Origin: Escherichia coli
GTDB lineage: Bacteria; Pseudomonadota; Gammaproteobacteria; Enterobacterales; Enterobacteriaceae
Strand: one strand, 5' to 3'
NCBI RefSeq assembly: GCF_003334765.1
Contig: NZ_QOWT01000006.1
Length of the DNA: 64,000 nucleotides
The notes beneath the pieces are model-generated. The model saw nothing but the letters and a program-made list of their open reading frames with translations, did not search any database and was not told the DNA's origin. Of this stretch, positions 20,539-30,769 are shown in pieces (the stretch's first letter is position 1; each line of letters opens with the position of its first letter). A program made the translations under genes and the position numbers.

Positions 20539-22500
20539 TTACCCTTTTCGCTTCGGCAATGTTTTCAGCAGCTCATCCGGACTTACGGATGCCACTACGC
20601 TTCCCGGTAACGGCATTTTCAGTATGTGATTTTTGATTTTGCCAATGACGTGCATCTCGCATGGGCGGCAATCAAACTTTAGCGTTAATACTTCATCGCC
20701 GTTAACCAGTTGCATTGGCGTCGCCTTCCAGCTTTTGATATTGCCTTTCGCCTGTTTCGGGCACAGATTAAAGGCAAAGCGCAGACAATGCTTGGTGATC
20801 ATCACCGGGACTTCGCCCTTCTCTTCATGTGCTTCATACGCCGCGTCAATCAGCTGCACACCATAGCGATGATAAAATTCACGCGCTTTCTGGTTGTATA
20901 CGTTCGCGAGGAAACTCAGATGCGTTTGCGGATAAACCGGCGCAGGATCAGCAACCGGTTTACGGCTGCCGCGCTGGTAACTGGCAAGACGCGCAGCATC
21001 CAGCATGTCAGCAGCTTCACGGCGGAACTGGTTTAACAGACTGTTTGGTACAAACAGCGCCCCCGGCAAATTAATTTGCACATCGCGGGCGTAATAGAGG
21101 GTTTGCCCCAGTTTTGCCAGACCATCCTTCAGATTGTTCATTGCTTTTTCGGCGTTATTGGCTTCGTCGAACTGCCCGTCCAGCGTATGCGTGATGCTGA
21201 CACCCTCTTCACTGGTGAGGGTCAGAATCAGTTGTTCCTGCCAGCCGCCCAGTTCAATGTCTACCGCCACCCGACGTTCGCTGGAGGTTTTTGTCAGTGC
21301 CTGCTGCCAGTTATGATCAAGATTACGGTTTAGTGGGTGATGTGGACGAATTTTGTGCAAATCTGCTGGCATTTCATTGGGCCAGACGCGGTACTGATTT
21401 TCTCCGGTTTTCTCGACCGTATTGGCACGAAAACCGACGACTTCACGTTTAATCAACACGTTCAGGCCATCGCCATTTGCCAGTGGCTCGGTAACGGCAA
21501 CATCGAGATGATCTTTCGCCACTTTCACTACTTCGCCTACCGGCAGGCCGATAAATTTCGGCGAATCGAACGCGCCAATATCGCCTTTACGGGCATTCAC
21601 AAAATAATCTGTGCTACCACGGTGGAAAGTCTTTTCCGTCGATGGAACAAAGAAATGTTCAGTACGACCTGATGAAGCGCGCGCCAGATCGCCACGTTCT
21701 TCAATAATGGCATCAAGCATCTGGCGATAATGGGCGGTGATATTCTTCACGTAGCTCATATCTTTGTAACGCCCTTCAATCTTGAAGGAGCGTACACCAG
21801 CATCAATCAGCGCGCCGAGGTTGGCAGTCTGATCGTTATCTTTCATCGACAGCAGATGTTTTTCATAGGAAACCACCCGCCCCTGATCGTCTTTCAATGT
21901 GTATGGCAAACGGCACGCCTGCGAGCAATCGCCACGGTTGGCGCTACGCCCTGTTTGCGCATGAGAAATGTAGCACTGACCCGAATAGGCCACGCACAGT
22001 GCCCCATGAATAAAGAATTCAATGGTCGCGTCCGTAGCCTGGTGAATCGCGCGGATCTGATCAAGATTCAGCTCTCGCGCCAGCACAATCTGCGTGAAGC
22101 CAACATCAGAGAGGAACTTCGCTTTTTCAACTGTACGAATGTCGCACTGCGTACTGGCGTGCAGTTCAATCGGCGGAATATCAAGTTCCAGAATCCCCAT
22201 ATCCTGAACAATCAGCGCATCGACACCGGTCTGGTAGAGGTCAGTAATCAGCCGTTGCGCGGGTTCCAGCTCATCATCATGCAAAATGGTGTTAAGCGTG
22301 ACGAAAATTTTTGCACCATAACGATGGGCAAACGGCACCAGCTCGGCAATATCTTTCAAGCTATTACTGGCATTATGACGGGCACCAAAACCAGGGCCGC
22401 CGATATAAACAGCATCGGCACCGTGCAAAATAGCTTCGCGGGCAATGGCGGCATCGCGTGCCGGGCTTAACAGTTCAAGTCGATGAGAAGATACGGTCAC
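20539..22500 (-). CDS. trhP: peptidase U32-family protein (tRNA hydroxylation protein)
   Basis: Large ORF with a U32 collagenase-like domain. Both candidate starts are GTG (22500 and 22542); 22500 was chosen because it gives the expected ~653 aa. Confidence 0.8.
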   Translation of the reverse strand: MTVSSHRLELLSPARDAAIAREAILHGADAVYIGGPGFGARHNASNSLKDIAELVPFAHRYGAKIFVTLNTILHDDELEPAQRLITDLYQTGVDALIVQDMGILELDIPPIELHASTQCDIRTVEKAKFLSDVGFTQIVLARELNLDQIRAIHQATDATIEFFIHGALCVAYSGQCYISHAQTGRSANRGDCSQACRLPYTLKDDQGRVVSYEKHLLSMKDNDQTANLGALIDAGVRSFKIEGRYKDMSYVKNITAHYRQMLDAIIEERGDLARASSGRTEHFFVPSTEKTFHRGSTDYFVNARKGDIGAFDSPKFIGLPVGEVVKVAKDHLDVAVTEPLANGDGLNVLIKREVVGFRANTVEKTGENQYRVWPNEMPADLHKIRPHHPLNRNLDHNWQQALTKTSSERRVAVDIELGGWQEQLILTLTSEEGVSITHTLDGQFDEANNAEKAMNNLKDGLAKLGQTLYYARDVQINLPGALFVPNSLLNQFRREAADMLDAARLASYQRGSRKPVADPAPVYPQTHLSFLANVYNQKAREFYHRYGVQLIDAAYEAHEEKGEVPVMITKHCLRFAFNLCPKQAKGNIKSWKATPMQLVNGDEVLTLKFDCRPCEMHVIGKIKNHILKMPLPGSVVASVSPDELLKTLPKRKG

Positions 22501-22572
22501 ATTCTTATCCAGTAGCTGAAAAATGGCGGCTATTTTAGCCACAAGCGCGACGTTGCGAAATAGTTTTCCCGC

Positions 22573-23109
22573 TTAACTGCGCGGGTAATGGATGAGGGAA
22601 TGAAAATGTACGGTTTGCTCCCCACCATTACGATAGATATGCGTGACGTCTGCAGCAAATCGAACGCCTTCCCCACAATTAAGGGTCTGCCATTCCCCAT
22701 CAACGCACAGATCAAGTTGTCCATCAATGACGACGACATGTTCGATTACCCCCTTCTCATGGGGCGTCGATTCGCTTATTGCACCAGATGCCATCTGAAT
22801 CGAGAAGTGTTCAAAGCAGAGTTGTGGATCATAAGGAAACAGCGAAGTGATCACCATCGCCTGCTGTTGTGGATCATAAACTGAAGGCGTAGCGGACTGC
22901 GGCGGAGAAATAAATGTTGAAAATGGTACGTTCAACCCGGTGGCAATTTTCCATAATGTCGCGACCGTCGGACTGGACTCATTACGCTCAATCTGCCCTA
23001 ACATTGCTTTAGAAACGCCCGTCGCTTCTGCCAGTCGCGAAAGACTCCAGCCGCGCTGCTGGCGTAGTTGTTTAAGTGTGGTGGATAAAAAGCGAGCGAG
23101 ATTTTCCAT
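22573..23109 (-). CDS. ydcN: XRE-family HTH regulator with C-terminal cupin domain
   Basis: 178-aa ORF with an N-terminal HTH (LSRLAEATGVSKAMLGQIERNES) and a cupin fold. Confidence 0.8.
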   Translation of the reverse strand: MENLARFLSTTLKQLRQQRGWSLSRLAEATGVSKAMLGQIERNESSPTVATLWKIATGLNVPFSTFISPPQSATPSVYDPQQQAMVITSLFPYDPQLCFEHFSIQMASGAISESTPHEKGVIEHVVVIDGQLDLCVDGEWQTLNCGEGVRFAADVTHIYRNGGEQTVHFHSLIHYPRS

Positions 23110-23200
23110 GCGACTCCTCCGGCAAAACGGAAGTTTATCACTTGTGCGTTATAACGGACAAATGCTACGGTGCCTGTACGCTATAACGCACGAGGTGACT

Positions 23201-24376
23201 ATGCGTCTGTTTTCTATTCCTCCACCCACGCTACTGGCGGGGTTTCTGGCGGTATTAATTGGCTACGCCAGTTCAGCGGCAATAATCTGGCAAGCAGCGA
23301 TTGTCGCCGGAGCCACCACTGCACAAATCTCTGGCTGGATGACGGCGCTGGGGCTGGCAATGGGCGTCAGTACGCTGACTCTGACATTATGGTATCGCGT
23401 ACCTGTTCTCACCGCATGGTCAACGCCTGGCGCGGCTTTGTTGGTCACCGGATTGCAGGGACTAACACTTAACGAAGCCATCGGCGTTTTTATTGTCACC
23501 AACGCGCTAATAGTCCTCTGCGGCATAACGGGACTCTTTGCTCGTCTGATGCGCATTATTCCGCACTCGCTTGCGGCGGCAATGCTTGCCGGGATTTTAT
23601 TACGCTTTGGTTTACAGGCGTTTGCCAGTCTGGACGGTCAATTTACGTTGTGTGGAAGTATGTTGCTGGTATGGCTGGCAACCAAGGCCGTTGCGCCGCG
23701 CTATGCGGTAATTGCCGCGATGATTATTGGGATCGTGATCGTCATCGCGCAAGGTGACGTTGTCACAACTGATGTTGTCTTTAAACCCGTTCTCCCCACT
23801 TATATTACCCCTGATTTTTCGTTTGCTCACAGCCTGAGCGTTGCACTCCCCCTTTTTCTGGTGACGATGGCATCGCAAAACGCACCGGGTATCGCAGCAA
23901 TGAAAGCAGCTGGATATTCGGCTCCTGTTTCGCCATTAATTGTATTTACTGGATTGCTGGCACTGGTTTTTTCCCCTTTCGGCGTTTATTCCGTCGGTAT
24001 TGCGGCAATCACCGCGGCTATTTGCCAAAGCCCGGAAGCGCATCCGGATAAAGATCAACGTTGGCTGGCCGCTGCCGTTGCAGGCATTTTCTATTTGCTC
24101 GCAGGTCTGTTTGGTAGTGCCATTACCGGGATGATGGCTGCCCTGCCCGTAAGTTGGATCCAGATGCTGGCAGGTCTGGCGCTGTTAAGTACCATCGGCG
24201 GCAGTTTGTATCAGGCGCTGCATAATGAGCGTGAGCGAGACGCGGCGGTGGTGGCATTTCTGGTAACGGCAAGTGGATTGACGCTGGTCGGGATTGGTTC
24301 TGCGTTTTGGGGATTAATTGCCGGAGGCGTTTGTTACGTGGTGTTGAATTTAATCGCTGACAGAAACCGATATTGA
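23201..24376 (+). CDS. ydcO: BenE-family membrane transporter
   Basis: 391 codons from the ATG at 23201 with a GAGGTG Shine-Dalgarno (MRLFSIPPPTLLAGF...). The longer track ORF would overlap ydcN on the opposite strand. Confidence 0.8.
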   Translation: MRLFSIPPPTLLAGFLAVLIGYASSAAIIWQAAIVAGATTAQISGWMTALGLAMGVSTLTLTLWYRVPVLTAWSTPGAALLVTGLQGLTLNEAIGVFIVTNALIVLCGITGLFARLMRIIPHSLAAAMLAGILLRFGLQAFASLDGQFTLCGSMLLVWLATKAVAPRYAVIAAMIIGIVIVIAQGDVVTTDVVFKPVLPTYITPDFSFAHSLSVALPLFLVTMASQNAPGIAAMKAAGYSAPVSPLIVFTGLLALVFSPFGVYSVGIAAITAAICQSPEAHPDKDQRWLAAAVAGIFYLLAGLFGSAITGMMAALPVSWIQMLAGLALLSTIGGSLYQALHNERERDAAVVAFLVTASGLTLVGIGSAFWGLIAGGVCYVVLNLIADRNRY

Positions 24377-24379
24377 CAT

Positions 24380-26125
24380 CCTCCACGCCCTGAAGGACGT
24401 GGATCCCTGCTACGTTCAGGCTGTCGCCTGAATCATTTCGGTGGGTTCCTGCTTCAACGGGCGGCCTGACTGCACCATCTCTCCACAGGCAAGAACGGCG
24501 TGCCCCGCCGCTAAAATGTTGCGAGCGCCATTTACATCGGCGTTCGCTGTATATCCACATACCTGGCATCTGAATTTACTTTGTGACAGGCGGTTCTCTT
24601 TCGCTGTATGACCACAGTACGCGCAACGCTGGCTTGTATACGCTGGCGGAACAGCAAGCACCTGACCGCCACGCCAGAGCTGCTTGTACGCAAGCTGGCG
24701 GCGCATTTCATACCAGCCCTGATCCAGTATCGAACGGTTTAAACCTGATTTTGCCCGGACATTGCGCCCCGGCTGGCTGACCGTACCCGCTGCTGACTTT
24801 GACATGTTGCTGACCTTCAAATCCTCAATGACTATCATTGCGTGGTTTTTGCTGACGGCCGTTGTGACTTTGTGAAGGTAGTCCCTGCGGATATTTGCGA
24901 TACAGGAATGCAGTCGCTGTATTTTGCGTTTCTGCTTTTGCCAGTTGTTGCTGAATTTGACCTTGCGGCTTAACTGTCGCTGAAGTCTCGCCAGCTTCTT
25001 CTGGTTTTTCTGAAAACTGTTTACAGGCTCAAAGACTGTGCCATCTGACAGCGTGGCGAGTTTAGCCACGCCAGCATCCAGCCCGACCATTGATGCTGAA
25101 GGGTGAACCGGAGTTGATACTTCACTTTCTGTCTGAATACTGATGTACCACTTACCGCAGGACTGGCTGACAGTGACATTTTTCACAACACCCGTGACCT
25201 GACGGCTGTTCCGGTAGCGCATCCAGCCCAGTTTCGGCAGAAAAATACGGCTGTTTTCCTGATCGAGCTTAACGCCCTGCGGGTAGCGGAATGCATCATT
25301 CTGTCCCCGCTTTTTGAATCGGGGAAAAGCAGCCCGCTTCCGGAAGAAGTTTTTGTAAGCCCGCTCAAGGTCTTTCAGTGACTGTTGCAATGGCTGTGAG
25401 GGAGAATCTTTAAGCCATTGCGTTTCAGTGGCATTTTTCCACTCAACCAGCCAGGAAGCCATTTTCCCGTAAGGGATGTATTTATTACCGGCCTCATGAT
25501 TCTCATTCTGACGTGCCAGAGCACGATTGAAAACGAAACGACATGCGCCTGCGAAGCGCCTCATTTCACACTCCTGTTGACCACCGGGTCTTAACTGGAA
25601 TTTAAATGCCTGTAATCGTTTCACAGGTCAAATGATACTTTGGTCTGTGAAAAAAGAAACCGATATCCGGCGTGGAAGGCATTGTGTTTTCCTGATGCAT
25701 GTTCACCTGCTCTTTGTCACCAGATACCGACGCCAGATTTTTGACCATGACGCGACAGAAAAACTACGCACTTACTTTTCAAATGTATGTGCTGATTTTG
25801 AAGCTGAACTGGTTGAAATGGATGGCGAACCAGATCACGTCCATTTGTTAATTAACTATCCTCCCAAACTGGCGATATCCAGTCTGGTAAACAGCCTCAA
25901 AGGCGTATCGGGTAGGTGACTGCGACGAGATCGACCAGATATTGCATTCAGGTATTACTACAAAGGCGTTTTGTGGAGTCCTGGCTATTTTGCCAGTAGC
26001 TGCGGAGGTGCGCCAATATCCGTCATCCGCCAATACATTGAACAACAGCAAACACCTGGTCAGGTGGAAAACCGCGCCTTATATCCCCGCCCTGAAGGAT
26101 GGGGTTTTACGGCGCACCGGATAAA
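24380..26125. mobile_element. IS200/IS605-family insertion sequence (IS609-like) with intact tnpB and frameshifted tnpA
   Basis: Divergent tnpB and tnpA; subterminal imperfect palindromes with a shared core gccctgaagga at 24383-24402 and 26085-26104 in direct orientation, as expected for hairpin ends of this family. The exact ends are approximate. Confidence 0.6.
24416..25624 (-). CDS. insQ: TnpB (IS605 OrfB-family RuvC-like nuclease with C-terminal zinc finger)
   Basis: 402-aa ORF with N-terminal ..AFKFQLRP.. and a C-terminal CAYCGH...CQVCGY zinc finger. Confidence 0.85.
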   Translation of the reverse strand: MKRLQAFKFQLRPGGQQECEMRRFAGACRFVFNRALARQNENHEAGNKYIPYGKMASWLVEWKNATETQWLKDSPSQPLQQSLKDLERAYKNFFRKRAAFPRFKKRGQNDAFRYPQGVKLDQENSRIFLPKLGWMRYRNSRQVTGVVKNVTVSQSCGKWYISIQTESEVSTPVHPSASMVGLDAGVAKLATLSDGTVFEPVNSFQKNQKKLARLQRQLSRKVKFSNNWQKQKRKIQRLHSCIANIRRDYLHKVTTAVSKNHAMIVIEDLKVSNMSKSAAGTVSQPGRNVRAKSGLNRSILDQGWYEMRRQLAYKQLWRGGQVLAVPPAYTSQRCAYCGHTAKENRLSQSKFRCQVCGYTANADVNGARNILAAGHAVLACGEMVQSGRPLKQEPTEMIQATA

Positions 26126-26136
26126 AAGCGCCATCT
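25632..26136 (+). pseudogene. insP: IS200-type TnpA (HuH transposase) disrupted by a frameshift
   Basis: First piece (25632-25919) carries the HuH motif HVHLL; the conserved C-terminus (..LWSPGYFASSCGGAPISVIRQYIEQQ) is in a different frame downstream. Confidence 0.65.
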
Positions 26137-26147
26137 AACGATGGCGC
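26121..26147 (-). terminator. intrinsic terminator downstream of ydcL
   Basis: Hairpin gcgccatc-gtta-gatggcgc followed on the minus strand by TTTTT, 9 nt after the ydcL stop. Confidence 0.5.
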
Positions 26148-26155
26148 GTCTGGAA

Positions 26156-26824
26156 CTACTTTTTGTTAACGTCAAACATGGTGGCATCGGTCGCCATGTC
26201 ATCAATAACTTGTTTAATATTTTCGAAAGCCATTGGCGTACTTTCGTTATTCAGGTCTTTACCTTCGCCCTGACGAACGACTTTGATAACCGGTTTATTA
26301 GTCGCTGCATCAATCAGCTCACCTTCAAAATAGAGGCGAGTATCCATGGTACGGTGGCCTGTAGCCATTTGCGTCCCCGCAACCACTAATGCAACAGGAA
26401 CCACTTCATAGAATTGCAGCCCTTCTTTGCTGGTATCTACACCGGTAATGGCCCCACGGAAAATCAGACTACGCGGCCCAGCGGTGGTAACCAGTGGTTT
26501 ACGCTGCGCTATCGCTTCTTTCATTTCGGTGTTGGTATAGTTCAAAATTTTATCCAGAACTTTCTGCCCTACCTGGGTCGACGGTTTCGGTACCGGATAA
26601 TAAGTGATTGGGTTCCAGACGATGCTGTCATATTTGCTTTGATCAAAACTCGGGTCTACCCAACGTAAAACAGGTTTACCTGTAGCCGAGGTTGTTTCTT
26701 TTAAATCAGAGTAATTGTTTAAAAAACCAGAATATTTATCTGGCTGGGTGATTTTAGAGGCACAACCAGACAGAGCCAATAAGCCGCATAAAGCTGCAAC
26801 TTTCGCAAATGATGTGGTACGCAT
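26156..26824 (-). CDS. ydcL: lipoprotein of unknown function
   Basis: 222-aa ORF with a lipobox (LALSGC) after the signal peptide. Confidence 0.75.
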   Translation of the reverse strand: MRTTSFAKVAALCGLLALSGCASKITQPDKYSGFLNNYSDLKETTSATGKPVLRWVDPSFDQSKYDSIVWNPITYYPVPKPSTQVGQKVLDKILNYTNTEMKEAIAQRKPLVTTAGPRSLIFRGAITGVDTSKEGLQFYEVVPVALVVAGTQMATGHRTMDTRLYFEGELIDAATNKPVIKVVRQGEGKDLNNESTPMAFENIKQVIDDMATDATMFDVNKK

Positions 26825-27125
26825 GAATAGTTTCCTGAGATGATTATATTACTTTCTAAGTTATAGCAAAAAGCGCCGCTTCGTGTTGTGGCAAAAAAAG
26901 TGTTGGTGAAAATAAATTTTTCAGCCCCTTTTCAGACGACATAGTCAATGCCGAAAAAGGGGCTAAGTCAATCATCAGTACTTAAATTTCAGTAAGTTAA
27001 GCTGCTAAAAACTTCGACTACTGTGATTAATTTCACATCCCTTCGATAAAAAATATGCTTACCGAAAAGAAGAACAGTAAATCATCTCAGCGTGGGGAAT
27101 TTTCACGCGTTTTGTGCTTACCGGG

Positions 27126-27719
27126 TCATTTTTTACGTGCCAGCATCGTGGCGAAACGCAGTTTAATACGATTACCGTTGGCGTCGGTGCGGTGCAGCTC
27201 GCCGACGTCTTCATTGTATTTCACCCTCTCCCAGCCTTCGTAATATCGACGTAATTCTCCCTCTTTGAAGGCAAACGGGAAGCCGACGGTACATGGATAA
27301 TCAGCGGTATCCATCGCCGCCACAATCAGGTTGTAACCACCAGGTTTAGTGCAACGTTGCATATTGGCAATCAACCCGGGGATGGTTTTAGCCTCAAGGA
27401 ACATCAGCACCACAGTCGAAAGAATAAAATCGTACTGTCTATCAAATGTGAGGTTATTCAGATCAACGACTCGGGTGTGTAAATTATCCAGATTTTCAAT
27501 GGATTTAATGCGCTCGACGTTGGCGATACTCATAGCATTTTTATCCCATGCGTCAACATCATAACCATTGGCTGCCAGGTAAAGACTGTTACGACCATTG
27601 CCACAGCCCAGATCCAGCGTTTTACCCGGTTTAACCACTTTCACCGCTTCCAGTACTTCAGAGTGTGTGCGGGTTAATTCATATTTATCAGTAAAATAGT
27701 TTTCGTCACGAATGATCAT
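27126..27719 (-). CDS. tehB: tellurite resistance SAM-dependent methyltransferase
   Basis: 197-aa ORF with SAM-binding motif [11 protein letters not shown]; overlaps the tehA stop by 4 nt. Confidence 0.9.
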
Positions 27720-28708
27720 TCTTTGTCCTCTGCTTTCATTAAAACGGCGCGCTCGGTTCTGACTAACAATTTTCCCTGCATCAGAAGCGCAAAAGTACGG
27801 ATGAGCAGTATTGCAATAATAAAATTGGTAAAGATAAACAGCGGCACCGCCAGCGTATGGAAAAATCCATTATCGCTGCCACTCCCCAGATGCAAACCGG
27901 TGGTTGCCAGTGCAGATACGCCGAACGAGAAACTCCAGAATGAAGCATTAAATGGCTGGGAGAGATACCATGGCATCAGACGTAGCATAAACAGCAGTTG
28001 CAGCAGTCCATAACCGAAAAGCATTTTCGCCAGCGTGTCACCCTCGCCGCCGTTGACGCTCAGCCAGGCACTACAAGCCACCAGCGCAGGAGCGAGCTGA
28101 ATGCCGAGTGATGTCCGCAGTGCCGTGGGTAATTCTCCCGAACTGCGCAGACGCTGCAAGATCACCGGTTCAAGGCTTAGCCATGAGAAAACGCCTGCGC
28201 CTAAAAACACCAGACCGGCGTCGGTGTAGCCCAACGCACCACAGGCCATTGCGCTGATAAAGTTGTTGGCAACTGTCGGCAGATACAGTCCAGGCGTGGT
28301 AGCTTCTTCAGGGTGAGATCCGCGCCATAATCCCGCAGTTTGCCAGGCGGCATAAGCCAACTGAACCACGACACCAAAACTGAACAGGCACACCGCCAGT
28401 GGGCGAAACCACGGAACAAAACCAATCGCCACCAGCATCGTCGTTGCCGGAAACAAACTCACAAAACTGCTCAGCACTGGATGGCGAACTTCCGCCAGCA
28501 CGCTATGCGGAAAGCGTATGAGTCGGGCAATAAATGCGCTAGTCAATAATCCCCAGATGATCATCGCCAGAATCACCAGCCCATCCCCTAACCAGTGGCT
28601 GACCTGCCAAACCTGGCTGGCATAGCGCCAGGCAAATCCCATCCCTATCGTCCCCAACACAATACCAAAGTAGCCTGCCGGCAAATTGAGCACTTTATCG
28701 CTCTGCAT
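27716..28708 (-). CDS. tehA: tellurite resistance / dicarboxylate-type membrane transporter (TDT family)
   Basis: 330 codons from the internal ATG at 28708 ([15 protein letters not shown]...); ten predicted TM helices. Confidence 0.85.
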
Positions 28709-28831
28709 CTTCTTACTCATTTTGTTTAATTTATAAAGTATATTTGAAATGCATTTTATGGAATTTTCTCGAGCATAGCCAGAGCCGCAGAATTTGCTAC
28801 GGTTATAGTAAGTCACCTGTGGGAAAACGCT

Positions 28832-29812
28832 ATGCGCAAATATCGTCTAAGTGAAGAACAGCGAGCCTTTAGTTATCAGGAAGATGGCACTAAAAAAAAT
28901 GTGTTATTACGGCAGATTATCGCCATTAGCGATTTTAACGATGTGATAGCAGGAACCGCTGGCGGCTGGATCGATCGCGAAACGGTGTTAGCACAAGAAG
29001 GAAATTGCTGGATTTACGACCAGAATGCTATTGCGTTCGGCGGAGCGGTGATTTCCGGTAATACGCGTATCACCGGCACCAGCGTGCTGTGGGGAGAGGT
29101 TTACGCAACGGATAACGTCTGGATCGATAATAGTGAAATCAGCCAGGGTGCATATATAAGTGACAGCGTCACCATTCATGACTCATTAGTTTACGGGCAA
29201 TGTAGAATATTTGGTCACGCCTTAATTGATCAACATTCTATGATCGTCGCCGCACAAGGCTTAACGCCCGACCATCAACTCCTGCTCCAAATTTATGATC
29301 GCGCAAGGGTTAGCGCCTCGCGTATTGTCCACCAGGCACAAATTTATGGCGATGCCGTCGTCCGGTATGCTTTTATTGAACATCGCGCCGAAGTTTTTGA
29401 TTTTGCCAGTATTGAAGGTAATGAAGAGAACAATGTCTGGCTATGCGATTGCGCTAAAGTCTACGGTCACGCGCAGGTGAAAGCTGGCATAGAAGAAGAT
29501 GCCATTCCGACGATTCATTACAGTTCGCAGGTGGCGGAATATGCCATTGTGGAAGGTAATTGTGTGTTAAAACATCATGTCTTGGTTGGCGGAAATGCCG
29601 TGGTACGTGGCGGACCGATTCTGCTCGACGAGCACGTTGTCATACAAGGTGAGAGCCGTATTACAGGTGCGGTGATAATTGAAAACCATGTGGAGTTAAC
29701 CGACCACGCCGTCGTTGAAGCCTTTGATGGCGACACGGTTCATGTCCGTGGTCCAAAAGTCATTAACGGCGAGGAGCGCATTACGCGAACGCCGCTGGCA
29801 GGGTTATTGTGA
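28832..29812 (+). CDS. ydcK: left-handed beta-helix (hexapeptide-repeat) protein of unknown function
   Basis: 326-aa ORF with repeated hexapeptide units; its end overlaps the convergent rimL by 9 nt. Confidence 0.75.
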
Positions 29813-30343
29813 ATCGATAATACGCGCGTATAAGTTCACATCATCATAGGCATCATTCAGGAACTCAGCCTGTTTCAGGCAACCTTCAAGGATAAAACCA
29901 TTGCGCAAAGCGACCTGGTTGCTTTGCGGATTGTCCACCCGACATTTGATCACGAAGCGTCTAAGTTCACCAGACTGGGCGTAATGATGAATCAATGCCT
30001 GCAGCGCCTGAGAAATGATCCCCTGCCCCTGATGAGATTCGTCCAGCCAGTAGCCTATTTCAGCGGTTTTATTCAGTGGTTCAATACGATTAAACGAGAT
30101 AACGCCGATAAGTTCATCTTCTTTGAAAATCATGAACATTTTGGCATAGCCGCGTTGATGCAACATCACATTACCCTGCACCGTTTTTCGCGTGTCCTCT
30201 TCACTTTGAACAAACTGCGGCCAGTTTAGCGACTGCTGTAACCAGGTTTTATTTTTACAGATTAACTGATAAAGAGGTTTGACGTGATTTTCTGCAACAG
30301 CATGTAATTCAAGTGATTCGCTTACTTTTATCGTTTCAGTCAT
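29804..30343 (-). CDS. rimL: ribosomal protein L7/L12 serine N-acetyltransferase (GNAT)
   Basis: 179 codons from the internal ATG ([16 protein letters not shown]...); GNAT motifs. Confidence 0.85.
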   Translation of the reverse strand: MTETIKVSESLELHAVAENHVKPLYQLICKNKTWLQQSLNWPQFVQSEEDTRKTVQGNVMLHQRGYAKMFMIFKEDELIGVISFNRIEPLNKTAEIGYWLDESHQGQGIISQALQALIHHYAQSGELRRFVIKCRVDNPQSNQVALRNGFILEGCLKQAEFLNDAYDDVNLYARIIDSQ

Positions 30344-30405
30344 CTTATCTCCAGTCAATCCATGCAGTTGTTAAAAAAGCCGCCTGGCTGGCGGCTTAGG
30401 AAAGT

Positions 30406-30630
30406 TTACACCTCTTTGACGCTCTCCTGCTGCAGGATTTTGAGCATCTCATCTTTTAACTGTAGCTTTTGTTTTTTCATGCGGACCACTTCCGCATTGT
30501 ACCCTCGACCGTCGGAACCTTCCTTTCTGGCAATTTCATGATCAAGTTTATTGTGTTTATCGAACAAGGACATAAAGCGAGGATTTTCGTTTTTCAGACG
30601 GGATATTAAATCTCGGTATTCTGGAAACAT
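30406..30630 (-). CDS. ydcH: small DUF465 protein
   Basis: 74-aa ORF (MFPEYRDLISRLKNENPRF...). Confidence 0.6.
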   Translation of the reverse strand: MFPEYRDLISRLKNENPRFMSLFDKHNKLDHEIARKEGSDGRGYNAEVVRMKKQKLQLKDEMLKILQQESVKEV

Positions 30631-30769
30631 ACGCACTCCCTGTTAGTGGCTGACAAGGTGTATCTGAAATACACACCATCAGATTACTCATTTAACTTAG
30701 GGAAAAATGCGAGCGGGATCGTGTTTAACCAGACGGCACCTCCCGAAGAAGGTGCCGAAGAAAAAACGA

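Noticed and set aside
20633-22470. Plus-strand ORFs within trhP (20710-21036, 21337-21672, 21730-22470)
   Set aside because: They are antisense to the peptidase U32-family gene; no ribosome-binding sites or recognisable domains.
22940-23200. Upstream extension of ydcO (track start at 22940)
   Set aside because: It would overlap ydcN on the opposite strand by 170 nt; the ATG at 23201 has a GAGGTG Shine-Dalgarno and gives the expected 391-aa transporter.
26922-26964. 11-bp inverted repeat (agcccctttt / aaaaggggct) between ydcL and tehB
   Set aside because: The loop is about 21 nt and the repeat is about 160 nt from the nearest stop codon; the function is unclear, so it is not reported as a feature.
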